From assembly GCF_008831285.2 (NCBI RefSeq), contig NC_045138.2:38130001-38194000 (forward strand): a stretch of 64,000 nt of DNA, in the 5' to 3' direction. This DNA comes from Nymphaea colorata. Lineage: Eukaryota. Below the pieces are notes generated by a model. It saw only the letters and a program-made list of their open reading frames with translations, ran no database searches and was not told the origin of the DNA. The position numbers and the translations under genes are program-made. This document shows, piece by piece, positions 38,426 to 51,856 of this stretch (the first letter of the stretch is position 1; the number at the start of each line of letters is the position of its first letter).

Positions 38426-39920
38426 TTAAACGGGAGAAGCGTCTGCATTAATGCCGTTTTGCCCTGCTCCCAGGGAGATCATTCTGGACCAACTGCGGAG
38501 CGCAGAAACGAAATAGGCAGACCCAGGATGTTGTTCATATACGTAGGTGGAAGGCGGTTCTGACAAAAAAAGTTTCTCATTCCCATCAACAACAAACTTT
38601 GGAAACGTTTTCAGCTCCAAATCATAGAGAAGCATCGGAGCTTCCGCGGAGCAAGATTTCATGCTCTCCCATAATCAGCATCCTTGGATAATGATCTGGA
38701 AAGCATTCGCTATCGCAATCACTATGGCTTACATATTCTTCTTCGTATACATCCCCAAGCGCGTGACCAATGCTTGCGAAGGAAATGTGGTGTCTTTTAG
38801 TCCATATCTCGCCCTCATAATAGCCCAGCACCCAAACATCCAACCCAATGTTCCCTGCCTCCCCACCAACTTTATAGCTCGTCAGACCCAAACAGCCCTC
38901 TGCTAGGGTTATTAGGCTCAACGACAAGTCAACTGCCTTGTCAAGCCCTGGCGGCAACGCCTTCCGCCTGAATTCCTCCTTTCCAAGATCAAACGCCATG
39001 AGAGAGTTGTCTCGCCATGTCTTCCCACAAGCGCATACGATCCAGTGCAGGCTGCTGTAGAAAGGGGTGCCAGGATGTCGGCTAGTACAATTATACCAGC
39101 GAAACGGCAATTCGCCCAGCTGCCTCCAAGAACAATCTTTGCCTAAGCTTAGTATCTCATGGTAGTAAACCTCATCTAACTCACGGTAGTAAACCTCATC
39201 TTCAACATCATGTACTACATGAAGTACCTTGAACTTCTTGCTGTGATCATCAAAACCAAAGCCATAGCAAAAGCCAAGCAATCTCAGTGCTGCATTACTG
39301 GACTGAGGCAGTCTGGTAGACTCACCTGTCACAGGGTTGCACAGGTACAAGGGAGCCCTCCGATTCGTAAACAAGACCAAATCCTTACAGGGTGGTAACA
39401 TGTTGAACACTATGTCTTTGGGGCAATATTCCAATCCCAATATCTTGATAGGCTTGCCGTTGTCTTTCATGCGGCCATTGGTATCCTCACATTTTATGTC
39501 CATGCAATATAAGCCTTCGCATTCTGTCCGTCCCATTTTGCGGTAACCTGAACTGTAGGCGATAACTTGATGAACATGGTGTTGATTTCTGATGCTCGTA
39601 AAGAAAGGAGGACGTTCTTGATGGAGGGTTAAGTCGTGCTGCCGGAGGTAGCTGTCAATGAAATTCGGGTCATCGATGAGCTGCCGCCAAGACTTGCACA
39701 CCGACCTGAACCTCACCAAGTCCCTAGCAGCCACGCTCGGTAATATGAACTCGGCCACCACATCAAAAGGAATTGTAATTTCTTCTGCTTCTTCCCTTCC
39801 GGCCTTCTTGGTCGCAACGACGTCAGAGGAACTTGTCATTTCTTTTACAGCTTCCTCCCCTTTGGCCTTCTTGGTCGCGATGACCTGCTCTTGAGGAACT
39901 AACTTAAATTGCAAGTTCAT
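38426..39920 (-). pseudogene. F-box/FBA copy 2, frameshifted near the C-terminus
   Basis: ATG 39920 (MNLQFKLVPQEQ). An 8-nt deletion near 38645 relative to copy 3 (CTTCC[CCGATGAA]GCGGAG) gives a stop at 38622. The original C-terminus continues in another frame to 38426. Confidence 0.85.
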
Positions 39921-39976
39921 GATCCTGTACGGAGTCTGATTATGGTAAACAAACAATCTGTTAGTCGTATTTTTTG

Positions 39977-40039
<63 letters not shown>

Positions 40040-43018
40040 TGAGTGCCTGCATCAGTTCATTCTCATGTATACACTTATGCATACCTATACATTATGTTTG
40101 GGGATGAATGATTTCTAGAAAAGAATAGAAAGAATCCGCTTGTATCTTCTGTGTTGAACTACTGCATTGGGTACTCTTGGATGGGTTTATTCTGTCTCGA
40201 GAAGTAAATATGGTTCCTTCTTGAATGGCTAAGGGTTTGGACTGAGGTCTTTATTATTAAGATCTCACTATTCGAATATCCAAGACCACATCTCTTTATG
40301 CCGAGTTCAACGCACCTAGACCTAACAAAACTTATTTTCTTCTATTCCGAAGAAAAACTCTGACGAGATCATTGATCAACAATCATCCACCATATATAAA
40401 AGACAACCCCATCTTGCGTAGTATCAAATATAGATTGTCTGTGTGTGTATATGTATATATTATAATCAAAAGAAAGTGTAAACAGAGTAGGTGCCGTTTC
40501 TCACGCGGCGAATGAAGTCCATTACGTAAGGTTTCTTCATGAGTAACTTAGTGTTCTTTGGCGGTTCCAAAGCAATGTAGGGGAAAGAGAAAAGGAAAGC
40601 ACCAAGCAAGCAATTAGAAATAAGAAAAGGCAGTGCACATTCACCTTGTGGCCTTCAGCCTGTTGCTGCTTCCTCACACGTTGAGAAAAAGAGACGATCG
40701 AAGGCTTTATACAAATTTCTCAATCTCTTTGAGATCCGTCAATCTCTTTGAGATCCGTTTATCTTATATAACGAGGGAGAGAAGAGAGAGAAGTTAGGAT
40801 CGGGATAAACCATCCACCATTTGGGATACGGCAGAGATCAAATATCTGTTTGGATTTGTTCGGTTGAGAATTTTGTGGCAGATGATTGGATATCTTACAA
40901 ATCACTAACCTATTTTATTGCCACTAATTCCTGTGCAAAGATTCAAACGTCCCAACGCTGATCCATATGTTGTCTATTCTACAATACGAAGCATACGTAT
41001 AACTTTCTTTCTTTTCAATATCATGGCCAAACTAAAAAGTTAATGTGGGGATAATATGGGGATAGAATATTGAGTGGAAAGAGAGGAATAATATGGGGAT
41101 AGAATATTGGAGATATTTTGGGATCAATTATCAAATTAGATAAGGATTGACAAATCAGATTATTTTTGGATATATATATATCTCAATCTCAAATCAACTC
41201 AGTAAATTAAATTCTCAACAACCGGCTGATATTTTTATAACAGCCGTTTGAATGTCGTACACGTCTATTAATGTGGTTCCAGGTTGTCTATTTACTAACG
41301 TGTTTGATATGGTTGGCCGTAGAAAAATACGCTGAGGCTTGTTCATATTTTGAACAATATTGATACCCTTTTTAAACCATGATCAGATAATGCCCCAAGG
41401 TTTGACGTTTGCATATTACATAGTGATAAAACATTGAATAATATAAGTGATGATTTGGCAAAAGACTGCGCAATTGAATCTTTCATTATCCTACATTAAT
41501 ACGGCCTAAGTATCCATCCTCTTCAGTAATCGCACTTCTACAGTCATGAAAGAGCCTATCTGTGAGTGATTTAACTAGTCAAGTATTAAAGATGCAGCCG
41601 CTTTTGTTACCGTATGCCAAAGAGTATGTCTTTTTTGTTACCATCTACAGAGAAAAGCATATGCTTACATTCCTCTTGAAGACAGAGAGCAAGAGAGAGG
41701 GAGAAATGGAAAGCAAGTGTCCTTCAACCCCTTGAACCTGTTTCTAAGACCTGGAAAATCATTTTTAACAAAAAATGTCTTTTAACATAACTTTACCCCA
41801 AAGAAAAGCGCGCGTCCTTCAACCCATCTCTTTTGGGCCTCCACAGAATGTTGCAGCAGCAGACAGAAAAGATCCATATGGAATGGAACATCATACTACA
41901 AACAGGGTGATAGTGTTGCACCTTGCACTCAGTATAATGTCTACTGCATATTAAGGAGAAAATGTCTACTGCATATTAAGGAGAAGTGAAAGCCTATCTG
42001 TGATTGTAAGCCGAGTTAAGTGGGCATATATAAAATATGCAGATGCTTTTGTTATCTGCTATGACACGGGTTTGTTAGGCTTTATGGAAAATGCCAGCAA
42101 CCATGTGAGTAGGGCTGGAGCCTAGAGACCCGCATACCTCACACCACTCGCGCCCTGATGGCAAATTTTAAGGCAGGACCAAATTTTAACTTTCTTTTTC
42201 ATACTACGACTCTTCTTTCCCCAACATTCAGTTTAACCCTTTTACATTTTTATCAGCCTAGGAAAAAACGTAGAAATTTTTGATTGTTGCACCACATAGC
42301 TTAGTAGTTAGTATGTGACAATCTTGAGGAAAAAAACTTCTGTATTTACAAAATAAAAAAAAAAACTCTTTGCCGACGAAAAAGCGGTTTTCCCCACCTT
42401 AAGCGAAATTGCTTACTGCTGCAAAAAAAAAAAGGTTCTTTTGAGTGTGGGGGCTCAGTTTTCATTTTTAAAAAGTATTTAATTTTCAGGGGTGAAAGCA
42501 TGTGGGGGCTCAGTTCTACCAAACTCATTCTTTAAAAGTTTAATTTAGTAGTTGAATTTAAATGGACCTTGATCCAGTTATATAAGACACCTCCACAAAA
42601 CTGACTATATGTTTAGTGTTTTGCTAAAAAAAGAAAAACAAAAATTAGTATGTAACAACAAAAGGAGAGCGATATATTAGGCTGATGGCACATTAGACTC
42701 ATAGTAACTAACAGCCTAGACTTGGACACTAAAAGATTGTTTGGCATCAACAACTTTTTTGTAGGTATTTTATGAATCTGTTTCAATTTAAAGATTAAAA
42801 CAAATTCATGAAATATTACAACTATTATTCCAAAAATCTTCTTTATCTTTGTGGCAGTTTCATATCTTTATTACAAACAACTCCTTAAAGGGCAAGCACG
42901 ATGAGAAACATTTCTGTCATTTGCAGAAAAGCTATACTTTTTTTTCCTTCGACCCTAAGGTCGAAAGCTACGATGAGCTTTAATGTGAAGTAATATATCT
43001 CAATGAGGACAAAGCAGT

Positions 43019-43493
43019 TAGGGCTGCACACGAGCCGAGCCGAGCCTGAGCTTGCCCAGCTCGAACTCGACTCGGCTAAAATTACTCGAGCTCGAGTCGA
43101 GCTTCTTATAGTCAACTCGAGCTCAACTCGACTACACAAAGTTGAGCTCGAACTAAACTCGATTAACTCGTTAACTTGTTTAGGGTTTACTCGTTTAACT
43201 TATTTAACTCGTTTAGCTCGTTTAGTTGACTCGTTTAGACGTTATTGAGGAAGGAACAAGCTATTTACCAAAAAATAAGCACAATAACTTGGTGTATCGG
43301 TTTTCTACATTTAATTGGTTTTATAATAGCGAGTCGAGTCGAGTTCTTACAACTCGAACTCGGCTCGTTTACTTATTCGAGTATCGTTGTAGGCTCGAAC
43401 ATGACTCATTTATAAATGAGTCGAGCTCCAGCCAAGTTTAATTGAGCGAGTTCGAGTAGAGTCTGAATTAGCTCGATTTGTTGTGCAGCCCTA
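43019..43493. mobile_element. 475-bp hAT-type MITE
   Basis: TIRs TAGGGCTGCACA / TGTGCAGCCCTA, many CGAGC/CTCGA subterminal motifs, imperfect 8-bp TSD AAAGCAGT / CAAGCAGC. The empty site is present in the duplicate at about 36090-36100. Confidence 0.92.
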
Positions 43494-44793
43494 CAAGCAG
43501 CTTCCACTCCAGTGAGCCCATGAAAATGAAACTGACCAAATTTCAAAAGGTAAAACATAAATAAAAAATGTTGAAATAGCATACGGATTGTCCCCATATG
43601 TAATAAAAATGAAATGCTTTTTTCACTGGAAAATGCACATAAGTGGTTGTTCTATAACTTTTTTACTGAATACATCTAACTAATGGATCAACTTGGTTTA
43701 ACTTGCAATCCGAAAGAGGCATCTAAGTTGCATATGAGAACCGATAGATCTAGAGGTGAAAGTTGGATTTTGAAATGGAGTATTTAGTATTTACGGGGTA
43801 GGGTTTATTAAAGCGTCTTAAAAAAAAATAATGAAAAGTTTGGGTGGCAAAAATGAACTAAGGACTCCATATGAGGCATGAACATAACTGTGGACTCTTT
43901 CTTAAGATAAGAGGAAGAAAGGAGGGTTTTAGCTCTTGCTATCTCTGCTACAAGTTATGTTTTGAGTGCAATGGTTCTCATACATTTAAAATAAAGAACA
44001 AGCTATGAACTATGTCATCAATTCCTTTTGACTGCCTTTAAACTGTTAACTATCTTATTAATTCCTTTTGGCTGCCTTCAAGAAATGATGTGATATTAAA
44101 TTTTTTATCTTTTTGGTTGAATAAAATATAAAAGTATTATTTTAATGTTTACTTGTGGGAAACCGGAAACTTGGATGCCATATATGTTTTAATATATCGA
44201 AACAATAATAATACTTAAAAAATACATATTAAACCAAAATATTTGAATTTGCCACCGAGTCATTTCTATCTAAAATTCAATGTTTCCACTTTAACAACCA
44301 TTGTTAAAGTCCTACATATATATATCCGCTTACTGGTTCTTAATGGGAAACAAATCCTATTTTGAAGGTGAGGAGGATAGATGTAAAGGGAAAAAACAAA
44401 TTCATTATTGAATATTTTGTATTAAAGTAAGAGCCCTCCACTTTTTATAAAAGTACTGTTCTTAAAGTTTAAATATAGTTTTCAAATATTAAAACGAACA
44501 ATAGATTATATACAGGATGAAATGATTGCAACAATATTTTTTGGTGATATTATTTAAACAATTATAGATTTCTTATGTTAAAACAATTCATGTCGTTTAG
44601 CTGACATTTGTTACTAAGTCCCTAAGCATTCGCACAATACCTAATCCTTTATTTGAAATGATGCAAACAACGAAGGGAGGGCGTCGTATTTTGTATTCCT
44701 ACATGTGTGTCCATTTGAAGGAGGGAAAAGAGAACGGAGAATGAGAAAAAACTAATTTGCACAAGAATCACTTTTTTGAAATTTTTTCTGTTT

Positions 44794-44827
<34 letters not shown>

Positions 44828-45058
44828 GGTAGGCATAAGGTCAGCAATCAAAGTTTTGAGAGAGCAAAGTGGGAAAATTGAATGGAAGAATCAACGATAT
44901 ATAGATCAAATTATCCTTTCCAACAAGTCGAGAATATTGAATCTTGTAGTCCATCGGATGGTGCATAACAAGCTAAAGGGTTCTTTCTGTTCTGTTAACA
45001 TGAGAACTCTTGCAATTTAGAGTCGCCATGCATGCACCCAACACAACGCGGTGAGTCT

Positions 45059-46539
45059 TCAAACGGGAGAAGCGTCTGCATTAATGCCGTCTTGCCCCGC
45101 TCCCAGGGAGATCATTCTAGACCAACTTCGGAGCGCAGAAACGAAATAGGCAGACCCAGGATGTTGTTCATATACGTAGGTGGAAGGCCGTTCTGACAAA
45201 AAAAGTTTCTCATTCCCATCAACAACAAACTTCCGAAACGTTTTCAGCTCCAAATCATAGAGAAGCATCGGAGCTTCCCCGATGAAGCGGAGCAAGATTT
45301 CATGCTCTCCCATAATCAGCATCCTTGGATAATGATCTGGAAAGCATTCGCTATCGCAATCACTATGGCTCACATATTCTTCTTCGTATACATCCCCAAG
45401 CGCGTGACCAATGCTTGCGAAGGAAATGTGGTGTCCTTTAGTCCATGTCTCGCTCTCATAATCGCCCAGCACCCAAACATCCAACCCAATATTCGCTGCC
45501 TCCCCACCAACTTTATAGCTCGTCAGACCCAGACAACCCTCAGCTAGGGTTATTAGGCTCAGCGACAAGTCAACTGCCTTGTCAAGCCCTGGCGGCAACG
45601 CCTTCCGCCTGAATTCCTCCTTTCTAAGATCAAACGCCATGAGAGAATTGTCTCGCCATGTCTTATCACAAGCGCATACGATCCAGTGCAGGCTGCTGTT
45701 GAAAGGGGTGCCGGGATACCGGCAATTATACCAGCGAAACGGCAATCGGCCTAGCTGCCTCCAAGAACAATCTTTGCCTAAGCTTAGTATCTGATGGTAG
45801 TAAACCTCATCTTCATCATCGTGAACATCCCATACATGAAGTACCTTGAACTCGTTGCTGCGATCATCAAAACCAAAGCCATAGCAAAAATCATACCATC
45901 TCGGTGCTGCAGTACTGGGCTGCGGCAGTTTGGTAGACTCACCTGTGGCAGGGTTGCACAGGTACAGGGGAGCACTCTTATTCAAAAACAAGACCAAACC
46001 CTTACACGGGGGTAGCATGTTGAACCCTTCGTCTTTGCTGAAATCTTCCAATCCCAATATCTTGATAGGCTTATCGTTGTCTTTCATGCGGCCATTAGTA
46101 TCCTCACATTTTATCTCCATGCAATATAAGCCTTCGCGTTTTGTCCGTCCCATTTTGCGGTAACCTGAACTGTAGGCGATAACTTGATGGACATGGTGTT
46201 GATTTCTGATGCTCGTAAAGAAAGGAGGACGTTCTTGATGGAGGGTTAAGTCGTGCCGCCGGAGGTAGCTGTCAATGAAATTCGGGTCATCGATGAGCTG
46301 CCACCAAGACTTGCACACCGACCTGAACCTCACCAAGTCCCAGCGGCCACGCTCGGTAATATGAACTCGGCCACCACATCAAAAGGAATTGTAATTTCTT
46401 CTGCTTCTTCTTCCCTTCTGGCCTTCTTGGTTGCGACGACGTCAAAGGGAGTTGTCATTTCTTTTACAGCTTTCTTCCCTTTGGCCTTCTTGGTCGCGAC
46501 GCCCTGCTCCTGAGGAAGTAACTTAAATTGCAAGTTCAT
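45059..46539 (-). pseudogene. F-box/FBA copy 3, 1-nt frameshift inside the F-box motif
   Basis: ATG 46539 (MNLQFKLLPQEQ). GCTGGGAC versus GCTAGGGAC in copies 1 and 2 at about 46341 gives a stop at 46330. The remaining 425 codons (46336-45059) are open. Confidence 0.82.
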
Positions 46540-46568
46540 GATCCTGTACAGAGTGGTATTTTTTGTAA

Positions 46569-46634
<66 letters not shown>

Positions 46635-48315
46635 TGTTTGGGGATAAATGATTTCTAGGAAAGGATAGAAAGAATCTACATGTATCTGCTTTGTTGAACT
46701 ACTGCATTGGGTACTCTTGGATGGGTTTATTCTGTCTCGAGAAGTAAATATGGTTCCTTCTTGAATGGCTAAGGGTTTGGACTGAGGCCTTTATTATTAA
46801 GATCTCACTATTCGAATATCCAAGACCACATCTCTTTATGCCGAGTTCAACGCACCGACCCAACAAAACTTATTTTCTTCTATTCCGAAGAAAAACTCTG
46901 ACGAGATCATTGATCAACAATCATCCACCATATATAAAAGACAACCCCATCTTGCATAGTATCAAATATAGATTGTCTGTGTGTGTATGTATATATATTA
47001 TAATCAAAAGAAAGTGTAAACAGAGTAGGTGCCGTTTCTCACGCGGGGAATGAAGTCCATTACGTAAGGTTTCTTCATGAGTAACATAGTGTTCTTTCGC
47101 GGTTCCAAAGCAATGTAGGGGAAAGAGAAAAGGAAAGCACCAAGCAAGCAGCTAAAAATCACCATAAGAAAAGGCAGTGCACATTCACCTTGTGGCCTTC
47201 AGTCTGTTGCTGCTTCCTCATACGTTGAGAAAAAGAGACGATCGAAGGCTTTATACAAATTTCTCAATCTCTCTGAGATCCGTTTATCTTATATAACGAG
47301 GGAGAGAAGAGAGAGGAGTTAGGATCGGGAGAGAGAGAGAGAGGAGTTGGGATACGGCAGAGATCAAATATCTGTTTGGATTTGTTCGGTTGAGATTTTT
47401 GTGGCAGATGATTGGATATCTTACAAATCTGCCACAAATTCCTGCGCAAAGAGCCAAACCTCGCAACGCTGATACACATAAGAATTCGAATAATAAAAGT
47501 GATTTGGCAAAAGATTGCGCAATTGAATCTTCATTCTCCATTATTAATGGGGCCTGATTATCCGCCCTCTTCTGCAATCGCACTTCTGCGGTCGTGCAAG
47601 AGCCCATTGTGTGAGTTTTCGACTGATTTAACGAGGCTAGTACAAAAGATGCAGCCGCTTTTGTTACAGTATGCCAAAGAGTAAGTCTTTTGTGTTGCCA
47701 TATACATAGAAAGCATATGTTTACATTTCTCTTGAGGACAGAGTGCAAGAGAGAGGAAGAAAGGGAAAGCAGGCGTCCTTCAACCCGTTTTTTCCCTTAA
47801 ACCTGCTTCCCGTTTTTTCCCTTAAACCTGCTTCAAGTCCTGGAAAATCCTTTTTAACAAAAAAATATCTTTAACATAACTTTACCCCCAAAGAAAAGCG
47901 GGCGTCCTTCAACCCCGGGGAGAACCAGCTAGCTCTGGGTTCTAGTAGATCACCCAGGTTCCGGTCCATGTGACAATTGCCCTATGAAGACTCTCTCTTT
48001 TGGGCTCCACAGAATGTTGCAGCAGTAGGCAGAAAAGATTCATATGGAATGGAACACTGCCCATGAGCCTACCCACCCTCTTTTTCGACCGCGAAGACAG
48101 TTGAAGTAATAACTAGTTCTTCTGAATCTACCAGAGAGAGAGAGAGATTTATTATAGTAAATATCAGTTAAAAGATGTACAAATTTATGCCAAAACCTAA
48201 AAGAGGTTCCGGCATCTTCATCGACTTATTCCACTGATTCCCTTCTTTGTATTCTAAATCACTGTACAGTCCACATCAGGCAAGCGGCCTCTTCAAAAGC
48301 GCCGGACGGCATCAG

Positions 48316-48440
48316 CTACCATCCAACAAAACCGAGGAAACTGCAACAAGATGAAACAACACAAACATGTGACCAAGAGAAGGAACTCCACTAACAGGGG
48401 TGATGCACATCGGAGCCGTCATACTACAAACAGGGTGATA
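48316..48440 (-). pseudogene. Orphan copy of microprotein exon 2 with its acceptor
   Basis: Reverse complement of about 23848-23972 with intact TTGCAG|T TTC CTC GGT TTT GTT GGA TGG TAG. No exon 1 copy seen upstream on the minus strand. Confidence 0.8.
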
Positions 48441-49439
48441 GTGCTGCTCAGTATATTGTCAACTGCATATTAAGGAGAAGTGAAAGCCTATCTGTGATTG
48501 TAAGCCGAGTTAAGTGGGCATATATAAAATATGCAGATGCTTTTGTTACAGTATTTGAAAAAGTAATGCCTTGATGTTGTCATATGCATAGAAAACATGC
48601 CTTTCCATCTCTCTTGGCGAAAGTTAAACAAAAAGTTAAGCCTTTTGTCCAAATTAATTGTTCTTCCCAATTTATTGACAAGCTTAGAGCAGAACTTATC
48701 CCTTCGAAATGGCGATTTGCCAGGGAGGGAAAAAGTTGAAAAACATTCTTTGACGCAGGTTTATGCATCCTCTGCCCAATGGCAAATAATAAATGTGACA
48801 CAATAGAAAGAGATTATGTAAATGAAGCTCGAACCACCTTATTTGATGCAAAATCTCATTCAAGTTAAAATTTTTCTCTCCTATCCACCCTGTTTTGGAA
48901 ACACTTTTGCGATACAGCAAACTGCTTAATGTTAATGTTATTTGTAGTAAAGATAATTTCATACTTTTCTCACTTTATGCGAAAGAACAAAAACATTACG
49001 TAAATAAAGCTCCAATGTTTTTCTTTGATGCAAAATTTCATTAGAATTTAGCTCTCATATCCACCCTGTACTGTAAATGCTTTTGCGATGGTGCAAATTG
49101 ATTAATGTAAATGTTATTAGTAGTTAAGATCACTTGGATTCGATTTCCGAAAACTATACTGAAGTCCATCCTGCTCTAATTATCTCAGGATGGAAAATAG
49201 AGTGAATCGAAACCAGATACATATATATTGGTATATCTATCGCCTACCAAAAGTTCATTTTTGGGGTTTTCTTCAACGTAGTTACCTTCTATCACCAAAA
49301 TACATTCTTATCATTTTAACTAATAAAATTATGTTTTACTCAAGCAAATGGACGCGTAGCCCTTAAGGCCTGCATTTTACAATCTCTATGAAAAGTGTAT
49401 GCATCTCTCATTAAGAATATTCGCAAAAAGCATATACAA

Positions 49440-49925
49440 GACCAAACTTACATGGTGGTTATCAAAATCAGGAAAACTTTATATCAGCTGCGGTGGATTG
49501 AGGCAGGGTGGTGGACTCGCCTGTGGCAGGGTTGCACAGATACAAGGGAAGTATCGGATTCACAAGACCAAACCCTTTCATGGTGGTAAGATGGCGAACT
49601 CTCGGCCATTCGGGCAATATTCCAAGCTCAGGATCTTGGCAGGCTTATCGTGGCCTTCGATGCGGCCATTAATATCATCCAATACAAGTCTCTGGGTTCA
49701 TATCATATGTCTGTTCCGTGTTGTCATAATCTAGAATGTAGGTGATAACTTAGGTGATCGATGAGCTGAGGCCATGACTTGCATACTGACCTGGTCCTTG
49801 GTGGACACTCACGGCAAAATGAACTTAGCCACCACATCCAAGGAATCGTTTCTTTGTTTACTTTCTCCCTTGTTCCCATCTTCGTTGCCAGCAGATCTTG
49901 AGGAACTAAATCAAACTACTGATAC
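49440..49925 (-). pseudogene. F-box copy 4, degenerate 5' remnant most similar to copy 5
   Basis: Fragments match 52540-53130 (GCCACCACATCCAAGG, GACTTGCA.ACTGACCTG, TTCGGGCAATATTCCAA, GGGTTGCACAGA) with deletions and frameshifts. Upstream 49930-50220 matches 53210-53470. Confidence 0.85.
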
Positions 49926-50739
49926 AAAATAAAGATGACAGAAAAAACGAAAGCGAGGAACAACAGCCAACCTTAACTAAACAACGCATCGAAGTCATTT
50001 AACCAATGCGCCAAAAGAAAGATGAAAAGAACCCATGAGAAGAAGAAGTTGCAGAAGGCTACAGTGCTACTTATCATGAAGGATCGACGTGCTGTAATGA
50101 GTTATTGAAGTTTATTCATCTTATGAGAAGAACTATGAAATCGGAAGTTCTACATCTTGTTTGTTCAAAATATGTGCAACTAGCAGAAAATTTCCTTCGA
50201 GTACGTCGCACCTTCCAACATGATTAACTAATTGCTCTTCCCATGTCATTTTCTTTCTTATTTCTTGAATGATAGCTGTGGAATGTTAATGAAAGGAAAT
50301 TAAATAGCTTCAATTGACAAAATTTAGGCTCGGGTAACCCATTGAACAACTTTGAGGAAAGATAAGGAGGGAGCTTTCCGTGTATGGAAGTAAGGAACAA
50401 AGGAATTTTGCCTACTTAATCCAATTAACGCAAAAAATTCTCCATTCTAAATATACGGAGATTTACCAGCGTTTCACATTTTAGGGTACAAGGAAAATGC
50501 TGCTTTAATTTAGCCAACGAATCTGACCGAAATCTGCGCACCTGTGCTGTTCATTCAGCTGATCAAAATGCGTACCATTTGTTCCCTGAGTACTTATCTC
50601 CCTTCATCTTTCCGGCGATTGATTTAAAGTATCCTAAGAAGGTGGAGCGATTATACGCTCGAGGGTGCACCAAGTTCCATCACCTCTGTCCCTCACGAAA
50701 ACCTATCTGTATGGGGTCATTTGATTATAATCCCTAACT

Positions 50740-51045
50740 ATGCAAGGTAATCACAATTTATATGTCGTTGGCACATACAACATATATGATATAACATCAG
50801 TGATGTCACTGCTTAATTACTACCAAGTTTTCAACAAAAGAACTTTTCTTGTGACGGAAGAACTTCCACAATTGATTACCATCAGTCGAATAATTAGTTC
50901 TTTCAATTGTGCACAAGCACAGAACCAGGAAACACAAAATGATCAGGAACAAGGGAAATCGCAACCAACTTCAATGGCATCCTTGGGTATGGTTGGTGAT
51001 CTGAACCCACTGAATGTTAGTTGCAGTTTGAACCGCAACACTGTT
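50740..51045 (-). pseudogene. Internally deleted remnant of the B3-like gene at 55-57 kb
   Basis: 50740-50974 matches the 3' flank at about 54860-55087, fused to 50971-51035, which matches CDS 55479-55543. TCAA microhomology at the junction. Confidence 0.8.
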
Positions 51046-51856
51046 ATTACCTCTCCAAGGAGGCAAGGGATCCCTATCGTGCTTCCCATGCATGATATAG
51101 AGTAGTCCGTGTATTAAAAGTTCATGGTAAAAAGTTTTCTAGCTATACCTTGTTTTTCTATCCAGGCATAGGCATAAGCACAGAAAGTTTCATTTCAGGC
51201 ATACCTATTGCCTACAGTTCCAGGAAAATGACATTTCTTGGTCATTTTTCTAATAAAGGTCACACTTTTTAATGCAAATTCTGAAATAAAATGCTTTGAA
51301 ACAAATTTTGGTTAACCTGAAAAAGTTAGCGGAAATTTTTTCATTTAACTTTCGACATCAGTAAATTACGTTCTGAACATTTTAGCTGATGACTTTTGTT
51401 TAAATTAAGTTAATCGAAGCCTATCTGATGAGGCATATATTGGACAACTTTTTCTGCAAGGGGCAGCTCCTACTAACACAGAAGGCCTTAAAAAAGATAT
51501 TTTCTGGTATACACAAATTATCTTGGGTATATATAGATTTAGTTTTTCAGAGAGAAAGACAAGAAAGAGAAACATATAGTGCTGGTACACATGAGCACAG
51601 TGGTCAGCAAAGAAAAGGATACTAAGAGAGCAAAGCGGGATAAATGAATACCAAAGTCGGCTTTATAAATAAAAAACAAGAGGAAAAAGAAAAAACTTCC
51701 ATTGCAGGAAGCAGAGAAATTATTGTGGATGAAGAACTAAAACAGACGACACAGAGACCCGTAATATCACCATTCTACTCTTCTAAGTCAGCCTCAAAGA
51801 AGCAAGAAAAAGAGGAAACCAAAAAAAAAAAAAGAACAATTTGCCTGACTCTCTAC

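Larger units (their letters stand above)
35308..48545. repeat. Direct tandem segmental duplication, two units of about 6.5 kb (about 35310-42050 and 42055-48545), each with a minus-strand F-box copy
   Basis: Shared collinear sequence, e.g. TTTATGGAAAATGCCAGCA at 35333 and 42081, CCGCTTACTGGTTCTTAATGG at 37052 and 44326, and GAAAGCCTATCTGTGATTGTAAGCCGAG at 41988 and 48482. Confidence 0.9.

Noticed and set aside
39921..40082. N-terminal extension of the 486-aa ORF (MHKCIHE...YIYIRERER)
   Set aside because: Read-through of a microsatellite in the probable 5'UTR intron. Paralogs point to the ATG at 39920.
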